Below, in pieces: positions 1 through 10,000 of a stretch of DNA of 42,179 bases. The number at the start of each line of letters is the position of its first letter. Positions within the stretch are counted from its first letter, which is position 1. Origin of the DNA: a virus. Taxonomy: Duplodnaviria > Caudoviricetes. The stretch is from IMG/VR virus record IMGVR_UViG_3300048599_000794, positions 1-42,179 of that record; one strand, 5' to 3'. The notes under the pieces are model-generated. The model made no database searches, was not told the origin of the DNA, and worked only from the letters and a program-made list of their open reading frames with translations. The translations under genes and the position numbers were made by a program.

Positions 1-252
1 ATGCGCCACTTCCGCGATGACGGAATGAACTTCGTCTATAGGACGTTTTTATTCAACCCGCCGACGCGCTTTGTAGCACACAAAGGCCACTGTTACCGTA
101 ATACGGGATACGGACGGGCAAACGCATTCTGGATCGGATTCGATTTCCCGGACAGGGACGGATTTCACAAGAAGTCCGTATCTTATGCCGCCTGGGCGGC
201 CGGGGTGGATTACCGCAAGCTCGGGGGGCGTGACTATCCCCGGAACAGATAG
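1..252 (+). CDS. hypothetical protein, possible IS passenger gene
   Basis: 83-aa ORF ending 15 nt before the transposase start on the same strand; no family recognised. Confidence 0.55.
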   Translation: MRHFRDDGMNFVYRTFLFNPPTRFVAHKGHCYRNTGYGRANAFWIGFDFPDRDGFHKKSVSYAAWAAGVDYRKLGGRDYPRNR

Positions 253-267
253 GAAGGGTGGTGTGTT

Positions 268-1236
268 ATGGACCCGCACGAATTCGACAGCCTCCTATCC
301 GCTCTTGATGGGCTGACCGAAGAGCAGAAAGAACAAATCAACCGCGCTCTGGCTGGGCAAGATGATCTTTCCAAGGTCACAGACATCATCGAAACAAATT
401 TCCTTAAAAATCCTGTCTGCCCCCACTGCAAGTCCACTATAGTTGTCCGTTGGACCAGGGCGGATGGCTTGCAACGATTTCGGTGCAAAAACGAGGAATG
501 CAAGAAGACTTTTAACTGTTTGACCGGGACGCCCCTGGCCCGGCTGCGGAAGAAAGGCCTCTGGTTGTGCATGTCCAGCGCCCTCAAGGAGGGTCTGTCT
601 CTGCGGAAGGCAGGGGCCAAGTGCGGGGTGAGCCTGCCCACAGCTTTCAAGTGGCGGCACCGCTTCCTGGCCCAGGCCGCCAAGGACAAACCGGCCAAGT
701 TGGAAGGCATCGCCGAGGCCGACGAGACCCACTTCCTGGAGTCTTTCAAAGGCGACCGCAACCCGCCCCGGCCTTCGCGCAAGCGTGGGGGAAAGGCGGC
801 CAAACGGGGCCTGTCGGCGGAACAGATTCCAGTCCTGGTGGCCCGGGACCGGCAGGGAAGAACCCTGTCCGCCGTCCTGCCGGATCGGTCTGCCTACGCG
901 GTCAAAGTCGCCTTGTCGCCCGTGCTTTCCCGGGAGAACATTCTGTGTATTGACGGGGGCAAGGCTCTCCGGGGCTGCCTGCGGGACTTGCATGTCCCGG
1001 CCCGGGTCATCCCTGCCGGACGCAAGGCCCATGCCAAGGACCCGGTGTTCCACATCCAGAACGTCAACGCTTACCACAGCCGGTTGAAGCAGTGGATGGG
1101 CCGGTTTAATGGAGTCGCCACCAAATACCTGCCGAGCTATTTGGGCTGGCGGCGTGTCTGTGAGGGGATTGAGAACGGACATTCGGATACCGCTTGGTTT
1201 CAGGTCGCAGCCGGTCGCGGCTACCTCAACACTTAA
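268..1236 (+). CDS. IS1595-family DDE transposase
   Basis: Zn ribbon CPHC...CKNEEC, HTH region, EADETHF, CIDG, HIQNVNAYHSRLK, GVATKYLPSYLGW. Confidence 0.93.
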   Translation: MDPHEFDSLLSALDGLTEEQKEQINRALAGQDDLSKVTDIIETNFLKNPVCPHCKSTIVVRWTRADGLQRFRCKNEECKKTFNCLTGTPLARLRKKGLWLCMSSALKEGLSLRKAGAKCGVSLPTAFKWRHRFLAQAAKDKPAKLEGIAEADETHFLESFKGDRNPPRPSRKRGGKAAKRGLSAEQIPVLVARDRQGRTLSAVLPDRSAYAVKVALSPVLSRENILCIDGGKALRGCLRDLHVPARVIPAGRKAHAKDPVFHIQNVNAYHSRLKQWMGRFNGVATKYLPSYLGWRRVCEGIENGHSDTAWFQVAAGRGYLNT

Positions 1237-1305
1237 TTTAAACAGAGCCAATAAAAAAACCCGCCGGAGTAGGCTTAAGGTTATGATCCAACAACCGCGA
1301 ATGCG

Positions 1306-1344
1306 AAAAGAGGCGGCCGAGAGGCTATCCCCCTCCCGGCCGCC
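1306..1344 (-). terminator. intrinsic terminator closing the late operon
   Basis: Stem GGCGGCCGAGAGG/CCTCCCGGCCGCC whose A/C mismatch is a G-U pair on the minus strand, followed by TCTTTT on the minus strand. Confidence 0.6.
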
Positions 1345-1408
1345 CGCCTTGTGCGATGTCACGTCACACCAAGGCTTCACTCGCTCTATTCCGGCCGCGC
1401 TCCGGCCG

Positions 1409-1780
1409 TCAATCCCCGTACTTGGCCCGGCAGTCCGGACAGAGCCAGTCCCAGCGCCAGAGGGCGGACCAGGCCACCTTGAGCCATACCGTCCATCCCC
1501 GGCGCTCGGTCATGATGCAGTCGCAGCGCGGGCAGTCCTCCATGGGCAGGGCCTTGTTCCAGCCCTTGGCGTGGGTGCGCTCGTGGTACACCCTGGGCCA
1601 GCGCGGCCACTGGGGCACGTCCGGGTCCGTGAAGTACCGGATGCGCCCTCCGTGCAGCCGCCCGGAATCGTCCCGGGAACCGTCCGCCCAGGCGTAGGAC
1701 CCGGCCATCTCCGGGGAGGCGTCCGCAGGACGTGGGCAATCCCCCTCGGTCCAGCCCTCCGGAAGATCAGGCAGGCCCAT
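1409..1780 (-). CDS. small putative zinc metallopeptidase, archaemetzincin-like motif
   Basis: HERTHAKG...CPRCDCIM...CPDC; start chosen at MGLPDL with GGAGG upstream. Confidence 0.6.
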   Translation of the reverse strand: MGLPDLPEGWTEGDCPRPADASPEMAGSYAWADGSRDDSGRLHGGRIRYFTDPDVPQWPRWPRVYHERTHAKGWNKALPMEDCPRCDCIMTERRGWTVWLKVAWSALWRWDWLCPDCRAKYGD

Positions 1781-2009
1781 CCAGCACCTCCGCCGCATCC
1801 CTCCGGCTCAGCATCACTTCCAGCAGCCGCCTGCAAAAAGCCTTGGCTGCGGGGTCCTGGATGGCCACCAGCTCGGCCGCGAAGCCCCGCACGTACTCGG
1901 GCGTGATCTTCTGGCCGGTCAGGACCCGGGGCTCGGCATCGCTGCATCCTGGCTCCAGGCGATGCACCTGGCCGCCGGGCTGGGATTGGTCCACGGTGTG
2001 CGTGCTCAT
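1767..2009 (-). CDS. hypothetical protein (80 aa), possible fibre chaperone
   Basis: MSTHTVDQ start overlaps the upstream stop (ATGA) with GGAG RBS; 3' part of listed ORF 1767..2492. Confidence 0.6.
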   Translation of the reverse strand: MSTHTVDQSQPGGQVHRLEPGCSDAEPRVLTGQKITPEYVRGFAAELVAIQDPAAKAFCRRLLEVMLSRRDAAEVLDGPA

Positions 2010-3025
2010 GCCGTCATCTCCTTGATGTAGATTTTGGCCGCCCGGGCGCGCATCTGCACGGCGGTGATATCCGAGCGCAGCATGAGGGCCAGGCGCTTGG
2101 TGGTGTCCCCGGTGATCGCCGTCTCCGTCCCGGTCACGGTCAGCTCGGGGCCGCTGGCCCAGGTCACGGACGCGATGGCCACGGCGGTGGTGAAATCCGA
2201 GGTGCTGAAGTTCTGGCCCGTCGCGCCCTTGGCCAGGTCCATGAGGGCCTTGCTGGTGTCCGAGCGCAGCATGTAGGCCTTCTCCGGAAGGCTGGACTGG
2301 GCAGGAGAGAGGTTGGAAAGGGTGGCCGTGACTGTTGCCAACTGTCCGTACAGCCGCAGTTCGGTCCAAGGTTGTTCTGCGGCATGCGCCGTTTTGGGAT
2401 ACCCCCAGTACCGGTGCGCCCCTACGGAAGACCAGGAAATGTCCGCCCATCCGGAAGTTGTCTTCATAATGCCGTTCCCAGCCTGGGTCCAATTCACTCT
2501 ATCATCGCTGTAGGATATCCCGAGAGTACAAGACGTGCTGTATGACGCCCCCTTGTACAGCCCTCCACCTGTTACATGCGCCGGGGAACCGAAATCCACG
2601 ATGATCATATCGGTGTTGATGGTTGTGTTTTCGAAATGCACAACGTTTGTGGCCGTGTCACCATCTACCAATTTCGTTATGGCCGAGGCGTCATTGTACC
2701 ACGCAAACGTTCCGGTGTAGGAAAGCATTGCCCCGGTGATAGTCAGGTAGCCCGGTGATCCGACCAGCGAAGTGCTTTCGCTCACCCCTCCCGCGGCCAC
2801 TTTCCCCAGACCGGCCTGCCCGGCGAACTTGAGCCACAGTTCCGTGCCCGCGCTAATGAGCCCCGTCTGTGGGACCGTGAGCTGGGGGCTTGCCGCCGTG
2901 CCGCCGGACACGGTGAATTCCAGGGGGTTGACGAGGATGAATTCCGGACGCGCGCTCACGATCCGGTTGGTGTTGTTCAGGCCCGCCGAGTGAGCCCCGG
3001 GGTCCTTGAGCTTCAGGTATCCCAT
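2006..3025 (-). CDS. tail fibre / receptor-binding protein with F5/8 type C (discoidin)-like domain
   Basis: Directly follows the tail fibre gene; IIVDFGSP, ISYSDDRVNWT, RYW, TELRLYG pattern; Thr/Gly/Ser-rich. Confidence 0.65.
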   Translation of the reverse strand: MGYLKLKDPGAHSAGLNNTNRIVSARPEFILVNPLEFTVSGGTAASPQLTVPQTGLISAGTELWLKFAGQAGLGKVAAGGVSESTSLVGSPGYLTITGAMLSYTGTFAWYNDASAITKLVDGDTATNVVHFENTTINTDMIIVDFGSPAHVTGGGLYKGASYSTSCTLGISYSDDRVNWTQAGNGIMKTTSGWADISWSSVGAHRYWGYPKTAHAAEQPWTELRLYGQLATVTATLSNLSPAQSSLPEKAYMLRSDTSKALMDLAKGATGQNFSTSDFTTAVAIASVTWASGPELTVTGTETAITGDTTKRLALMLRSDITAVQMRARAAKIYIKEMTA

Positions 3026-3037
3026 GGTGCGCCTCCC

Positions 3038-4012
3038 TTAGGCGAAGTCGCCATCCGGGAATCCGGACGGGTCGTCGTTGAAGGTCATGGTGGGGCCGTC
3101 CTGGATGGGGACGTTGAGGCTGGTCACCGTCTTGGTCCCGGCCACGGAACGCAACTCGCCCGCTCGGGTGGCGGTCACGCTGAGGGTCAACGGGGTGTCC
3201 GTGGTAACCAGGGGCAGGGTGAAGCTCCAGGCCCCGGTGCCGCTGTTGAAGCTCCACGTGGTGATGGCCGCCGGAATGGTCCAGGTGTAGTCCGCGTCCG
3301 CGTTGAAGTTGGATATTCCGCCGCTGGCCGTGGTCACCTCGTCGCCCTCGGTCGTTCCGGTGATGACCGGCGTGGGCGTCTGGTAGGACTCCGGGAAGCC
3401 GGTGATGGCCTCGGCCTCGTCCCGGGCCGCCTCGGCCGCCGCCTGCGCGGCCTGGGCCAGGGCCTGCGCCGCCTCGGCCGCAGCCTGCGCCGTCTCCGAT
3501 CCGCCCATGGCCGCGCTGGCCGCAGCCACCATGGCGCTCACCTGGGCCAGGTAGCTGGTGGCATCCGGGACGCTCCCCGTGGCCGTGCTCACCGGGAACT
3601 TCACCGCCCGGTCCAGCTTGTTGCGCAGCTGGATGCACAGCTTGGTCAGCCGGTCCAGGCCCTGCTCGATGAGCTCGCGGTCATAGGACGAGTTCACCAG
3701 GTTGATGGTCTGGGTGAAGTCGATTTCCACGTAGGCGAAGAGGCTTTGCCCCGAGGGCAGGGGGTCGATGCCCGAGCCGTCCTTGGGGTAGCGGATGGTG
3801 CAGCCGTTGGGGTAGGTGGTGCGTCCGAGCGCGGTCACGCCGCCGCTGATGGTGAAGTCCGTGCCCAGGGTGAGCGGGTGCTCGGCCCCGGCCGCGTCCA
3901 CGCGCACCACGCGCAGCTCTCCGGAGTCCCAGAATACCAGCGGGAACGGGCAATCGAGCGCCGCCCCGCTGCCCGCGTACGAGCGGGAGAAATCGCCGCT
4001 GCTGATGGTCAT
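3038..4012 (-). CDS. tail fibre protein (T7 gp17-like N-terminal adaptor)
   Basis: YAGSG...PFP...LTLGTDFTISG...IEQGLDRLT..QL N-terminus, Ala-rich coiled coil, beta-rich C-terminus. Confidence 0.8.
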   Translation of the reverse strand: MTISSGDFSRSYAGSGAALDCPFPLVFWDSGELRVVRVDAAGAEHPLTLGTDFTISGGVTALGRTTYPNGCTIRYPKDGSGIDPLPSGQSLFAYVEIDFTQTINLVNSSYDRELIEQGLDRLTKLCIQLRNKLDRAVKFPVSTATGSVPDATSYLAQVSAMVAAASAAMGGSETAQAAAEAAQALAQAAQAAAEAARDEAEAITGFPESYQTPTPVITGTTEGDEVTTASGGISNFNADADYTWTIPAAITTWSFNSGTGAWSFTLPLVTTDTPLTLSVTATRAGELRSVAGTKTVTSLNVPIQDGPTMTFNDDPSGFPDGDFA

Positions 4013-7000
4013 CGTCTGCTCCTTTCTTTGCGGGGGATGATGAGCCGGGCCGGGTTCTCCGCCTGTCCGTTCATGAGATCCATGAGCCCGGTCACGAAGG
4101 TGAAGCTGGCCCTGGACGGGATGAGCCCGGTGCCGAAGGCCACGGCGTCGATGGAGTGCTTGAGCGTGGGGTGCTGCCCGGGCCGGGGGCGCTTGTCGCT
4201 GCTGGCCGAGTGCCAGAGCTGGGCCGGGGTCTCCAGGGCCTGGCTGATGGGGCTCATGCGGTAGCCGTAGCCGGTGAGGATCGGCCCGGCCACGTCCCGG
4301 GCGATGGGCACGGTGGCCAGGAGAAACTGGGGAACGGCCAGTATCCAGTCCTTGGGTTCCTCCTCCTTGCTCTTGAACAGGGACCCCACGGCCTCGTTGT
4401 AGAATGCCTGGCCCACGACAATCCAGGTGAAGGCCTTGATGGCGTTGCCCCAGGCCTCGGGCGAGAGAGCCCCGCCTTCCCGCATGAAGCGTCGCGCGGA
4501 CGCGGACAGGAGATTGTACGTGGTGTTGAAGTAGCTGTAAAACATGGTCACCAGCTTCTTTGTCTCCGCCCCGCGCTGGATGGCGGCCAGGTCCGCAGCC
4601 GAACCGCTGCCCATGGTCCGGCGCACAACCATGTCCGCGTACTCAATGGCCTTGGCCTCGTCCCAGTGGTGGGCCTCCATGGCCTTCTGGTAGGCCCCGA
4701 GCCACGCCGGGTAGGCGGTCATGGCGTCCATGAACTTCATGGGCCAGAGTAGGCCTTCGCGCGTCTTGGCCACCGGACCGGCCATGATGTCGTGCGCGCC
4801 CATGAGGTTCCCGGCGTCCCGGTCAAAGGAGTCGGCCCGGTACTTCATGGCCAGGCTGCGCTGGTCAACGAACTGGATGGCCGCGTGGGGATCGGCCACG
4901 AAGCTCTTGACGCCTTCCATTGTCGCGCGCGTCCCGATGACGCTGGCGGTCTGGAGCATGGCCCCGGGCTGGCCTGCCACGGTGTTCAGATTCAGCCCCA
5001 GGGCGGCCACCACGGTGTTGCGGCGCACGGCGCGCAGGGCCCGCTCAAACTGGCCCATGGGCTCCTCCATGGGCCGGGCCACGTGCTGGAGCCACGGCGT
5101 GATCTGGTTCCAGGCATTCCGGCCCAACGTCGATTTCACCAAATCTTTAAAACGAGAGTCGTTCACGATCTTGTATACGTCCCGCACGGCGGCCCAGTGC
5201 GTGGCCAGGTGGGACGTGTCGCGCACGTGTTTGAAAATCACGTCGAAGCGCAGAAGAGGGGCAAGCTTCCCACCCTTGCGCTCCATGGTCATTCCCTTTG
5301 CCGGAGACGGACGAAAGTAGACGTTTTGAATCAGCCCCTTGCTGTCTTCCAAGTACTGTTGGTAGGCTGCCTTGTCGCTCTGTTCCGGATCAAAATGGAG
5401 CGGGAAGTACCGCCCCTCCACCTTCTTCAGCTCGGTTCCGGTCACCGTCTTGTGCTCGGCGTTGAGCAGCGGATAGATGGAGTCGATAATGGTCCAGACC
5501 TTTTCCACCAGGTCCATCTCCTCCGGCGTGAGCCGGGCCACTATGGCGTCGATTTTGGCGTTGCCCTCGGCGTCGTTGGGCCGCCCCTTGACGTCCTGGG
5601 TTGTGGTGAAGCCCCATCCCTCGCGCAAGGCCTTCCGGTTTCCTTCGTTTCCGGAGTTCAGCGCGATCATGATCTGCTGCTCCCGGGTGAACGGACGGGG
5701 AAGCTGCTCGCCGGGTAACTGGACCATCTCGCGCTTTTTCTGCCACTCGCTCCACCGGTCCGCAAAGGGTGCGAACGCCTCGGCCAGTTCCTGGTGCAGC
5801 CTCTCCATAAGCGCGGCCTGGGCCTTCTCGGCCTCCTTGATGGGGCGGTAGACGTGCGTCCAGGCGGCCCCGAAGTCCTGGTCCCCGTCCATGGACCGAC
5901 AAATCTCTTCGGGCTTGAGCATCTCATAGTGGAATGCGGAGAGCCCGCTGGTGAGTTTCTGGAGTGGATTCTCTCGGAGCGTCGGAGTGTATGGGGCGTC
6001 TGGAGAAGGAATCACGCCGTTGTGGATGACGATGGACCGGCCAATTTCTGTTATTGTCCGGTCGAAATCCAGCTTTTCGGCTCCGGCGATGAGCATTTTT
6101 TCGTTGCGTCCCTGATACCAGATTTGCCGTGCTACAAGATGTAGCGCCCGATAATCGTTCAGAGTGGCCTGGGCAGGATTGATGCGATCCAGATGGCGCA
6201 CGTTGTCCCACGAGTCGGGGATAAGCTCCTTGTATCCCTTGGACAGCCAGAACGAATCCAGGGGCATGGCCGCCTGGCCCGGGTCCGGGGCCAGCAGGAA
6301 GCGGTGCAGGAGCGCCCGGAGCTGGAGATCGTGGGCCTCCTCGGTTTTGCGGCGCAGGAGCGTCTTGACCGAGGCCTGAATCTGGCCGACCTCGCGCATG
6401 CCCTCCATGATCGCCTTGAGTTCCAGGGCCGTGCGGCGCTGGGCCTCCAGGGCCTGCTGCGCGCCCTCGTGGTCCCCGGCGTTGAAGGCGTCGGCCACGC
6501 TGCGCCGCGCCCGCTCCAGTTCGTTGAACAGGTATCGGTGGCGCTTCTGGATGCTGTCCAGGGTCATGGAGCCCACGATTTCCCGGACCTGTGCCCGCTC
6601 GGCCCGCTGGGTGGGGATGCGGGTGAGCCTGGCCAGGATCTTCGACTCCTCCTCCAGCCGCTCGAAATACCCGGCCGCGAAGTCCTCGGGCAGGGCGGCC
6701 AGCGCCTCGGCCTCGTTGGCCCGGCCGTTGACGAACGCCCGCATCAGCTCGCGCTTGGTGTCCACGTCCAGGAAATGGTTGATCATCTCGTCCGCGCCCG
6801 CGTAGCCGTGGTCCATGGCGTACACGTCCGCGCCCACTGGCCCCTCGTTGGTCACCAGGCCGGGCCGCTTGCGCATGAGCGCATGGATGGTCTCCGGCCC
6901 CCAGTCCTCCTCCAGGAGGCGCTTGTTCAGGCCGCCCCGGGACACGATGTCGGCCATGTGCTGGTGTGCCGGGATGGAATCCACGTACTCCCGGGCCTCC

Positions 7001-10000
7001 TCCTTCCAGGTGCGCATGGCCTCGCGCTCCATGGCGCGTTGCTCCTTGGCCCGGCGCTCGGCAATCACCGTGTCCGCCCGGCGCTCGGCCTCGGCCTGCA
7101 CATCCTCCCAGTACCGTAGGGAGGCGTCCGTCACCCCGGCCAGGGGATTTTCCTCGGCGTGGGGCTCAAGTTCCGGCGCGAACGGCGACTCCACCCGGAA
7201 CGGATTCACGGCTTTCCAGCGCGCGGCCTCCTCCATGCGCTCCTGCTCCGTGGTCATCATCCGGTCGAACACGTCGCGGATTTCCTTGGGCAGGCGCGCG
7301 CCGGGCAGGTCGCGCACCGAGCGGTACACGTCCATCATCCAGCGCTTGATCTTGGAGAACACCATGCGCAGCCGGGAGGTGGGGGCCTGGCCCTCGTACA
7401 CGTAGCGCTCGAAGGCGGTGGCGAACTTCTCCTCGGCCGCCCGGGTCCAGCGCCCGTCCGCGACCCCGGCCCAGGCCTCCACGGCCGCGCGGTCCGGCTC
7501 CATGAGCTGGCGGCGCAGCATGTGGCCGGTCTCGTGGATCACGGTGGTCACGTCGGCGGTGCGGAAGAGGCGCAGGACGGCGCGGCCGTCGTCGAGGAAA
7601 TGGATGGAGCCCTTGGGCTCTTCTCTTGCTTTGCGCTGGTAGTAAGTCTGCGCGATCTGCACGGCGTTGTCGTCGTAAATCACGAAGTTGTGGGAACCCT
7701 CACCCATTCCCCGACTCGTGCCATCCAGATATTTGTGGCCCATGATGCCGAGAGAGCGGAGGTACTCTGATGCTGCTTGGTCGTTTCCAGTCCCTTTGTT
7801 GAACGCTTCACCAATCCGTTTGTAAACCTCTCTGCCGGTAAGCACCTCATCACGCCCACCCTCACGGCGTTCAAGAGCGACCTTGAGAGACATCATCTCA
7901 TCGTTGAAATGAGTACCGTCATACCCGGACACAGATTGCAACGCAGCATCCAGCACAGCCTTGACGTGTCCAGGCTGTTCAGACCACGGCTTGTCCCAGA
8001 GCATGAGATTGGCATCGTCGGGGAGTTCTACTTCGTAGAGTTGGCCCTTTTTCCCTACTGGCTCGACCTTTGCGGAGTTATCACGCCAATATTCCAGTTT
8101 ATTTACTTCCGCCGGTTCTCCTAGACGCTTTGCGTCTGCGATAGCCGCTTCAAAATCACCACGATGTTTGGAAAGAAAGGCCCCGGCGTCACTCCCGTCC
8201 GTCGTAGTACGCATCGCCACGTCTATGCGTCCGTCTTTCATGGTGAGGCGTACATAGTTGTTCTCCAACTTCTCCATGTACCACTCCGCAACATCCTTGC
8301 TCTTCGCGAAGTACATACCCCAGCCGTAAGCCTGCGCCCCCTCGCCCGTGCCGATGTACTTGGTGCTGAACCCGGTCTTCTCGATGCCGCGATGGGGGGA
8401 GCCGTGGAAGGCGGACTGGAACAAGGGATTGCCGTCAGCCCCGAGCGGTGTTATATTTTCCTTGGACGTAGCCTCCGCTCCCGCGCCGGGACGAGTACGC
8501 ATAGGCTCGGCGTGAGTAGCCTTGGACGGGCCATCACCCCCGCCATGCGCATCGGAGGCGAAGTCCTTCCATCCGGACAAAAGCCACGTTTCCCGCCCAC
8601 CGAACCGGTACAGCGACAGCACGGCCGTGTGGCCGTCATGGCTCACGTTGACGCGGGTTCCCTCTCCGTACACCTGGCCGAACTCCCCATGGGCAAGAAC
8701 TTCGACCATCTTGCGCGCCACGTCCTGTCCGCGTTCTCCCTGGGCATCACGCCTGGCGATGATATGCAAGATTCCACCGCCGCCCTTGAGATTTTTCCCC
8801 TTCCCGGGCTCCCCCCAGTAGAACGAGATGAACCCGACCTCGGGCCGGAACATGGCGTCGAGAGCATCGGCCTTGTTGGAAATGACGTGATCCAGCGCCT
8901 CCAGACCCCGCGCCGCGTTCTCTTCCGGCGTGGTGGGAATGGACCTGGACCCGCTGTACAGCGGCGCTTGCGCCGACCCCGGCTCCCGCTCGCCCATGAC
9001 CATCCGCCCGGCATCCTTCAGGGTGCGGGCGATGTCCGCGTCGGTGAGCGTCGAAAACTTCGTCTCCACGCCGCGCTCGCGCATCCACTGGCGCACCAGG
9101 TCCACGAAGCGCTCCCACACGGTGCGCTCGTCCGGGGTGAGGTGCTGCCCGGCGTCGATCTTCTCGGCCAAATGGGCCAGGTACTCCTCGGCCGCGATGC
9201 GCCGGTGCTCCGGGTTCTCCAGGTCCAGCTTGTAGGCGTCGGCCACGCCCGCCCAGTGCTCGGCGTCGAAGTGGCCGTACACCTCGTCCAGGAACGGGTT
9301 CAGCCGCTCGCCCAGAACCTCGCGCACGCCGTGGTGCCCGATCTGCTCATGGAGCCAGAGCCGCGCGGCCTCCTCGGGCGAAGCGATGCGGTCGGCGAAG
9401 AGCACGACGCTCCCGCTGCTCTCATCCCAGGCCGCCTGGGGCTGGCTGCCACGCGCGCGGGCCTCCACCCGGATGTGCGGCTCGGCCGCCTCGATGGACG
9501 GCAGCACGCGCACGGGCAGGGCGTTGGGCGCGCCCTCGGACAGCCGTGCGACTGCGGCCTCCAACTCGGCCGGCTCCATGGCCCGGGCCCGGGAGGCCTC
9601 CTGGGGCGCTTCGGCGGGGCGCGCTCCGCTCTCTCCGGTTCCGGCCCTGGTGGCGGCCGCCTGCTCCGGCGCGGTTTCGATGCGGGAATAGTACGTGGTG
9701 TACCACTCCTCGGGCGGTCGGCGCTCGGTCTCGGCCCAGGACTCGGCCCGGGCGTCCAGCATCTTCATCAGGTCCGCCGCCTTCTCCTCGCCGAACCGGG
9801 CGGCCAGGGTCCCGGCCACCTCCTCCCGGGTCATGCCCGGGCCGCGCCCGGGTGCGGCCTCTTCGGCCTCGGCCTGGTCCGCCAAGCGGTCCACCACGCG
9901 CTCGGAGGCCGGGCTCTCCTCGGCCGCCTGCGCTTCCTGGGCGCGCATGGGATCCTCTTCCGCCCCGGCGCGGTACTCCGCCTCTCCAGCGGACGCCTGG

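Larger units (their letters stand above)
1..1249 (+). mobile_element. IS1595-family element; right end at about 1249, left end not found in the window
   Basis: Transposase is followed by ...ACTTAATTTAAACAGAGCC (reverse complement GGCTCTGTTTAAATTAAGT), resembling IS1595-type terminal repeats; no matching left copy in 1-267. Confidence 0.55.

Noticed and set aside
85-102. GGCCACTGTTACCGTAAT as the left IS terminal repeat
   Set aside because: Poor match to GGCTCTGTTTAAATTAAG and lies inside ORF1
1250-1408. attL core or tRNA target
   Set aside because: No tRNA fold recognised and no direct repeat shared with the right end, which is cut at the integrase stop
1306-4012. Diversity-generating retroelement as in BPP-1
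   Set aside because: No reverse transcriptase motif and no template/variable repeat pair seen near the fibre genes
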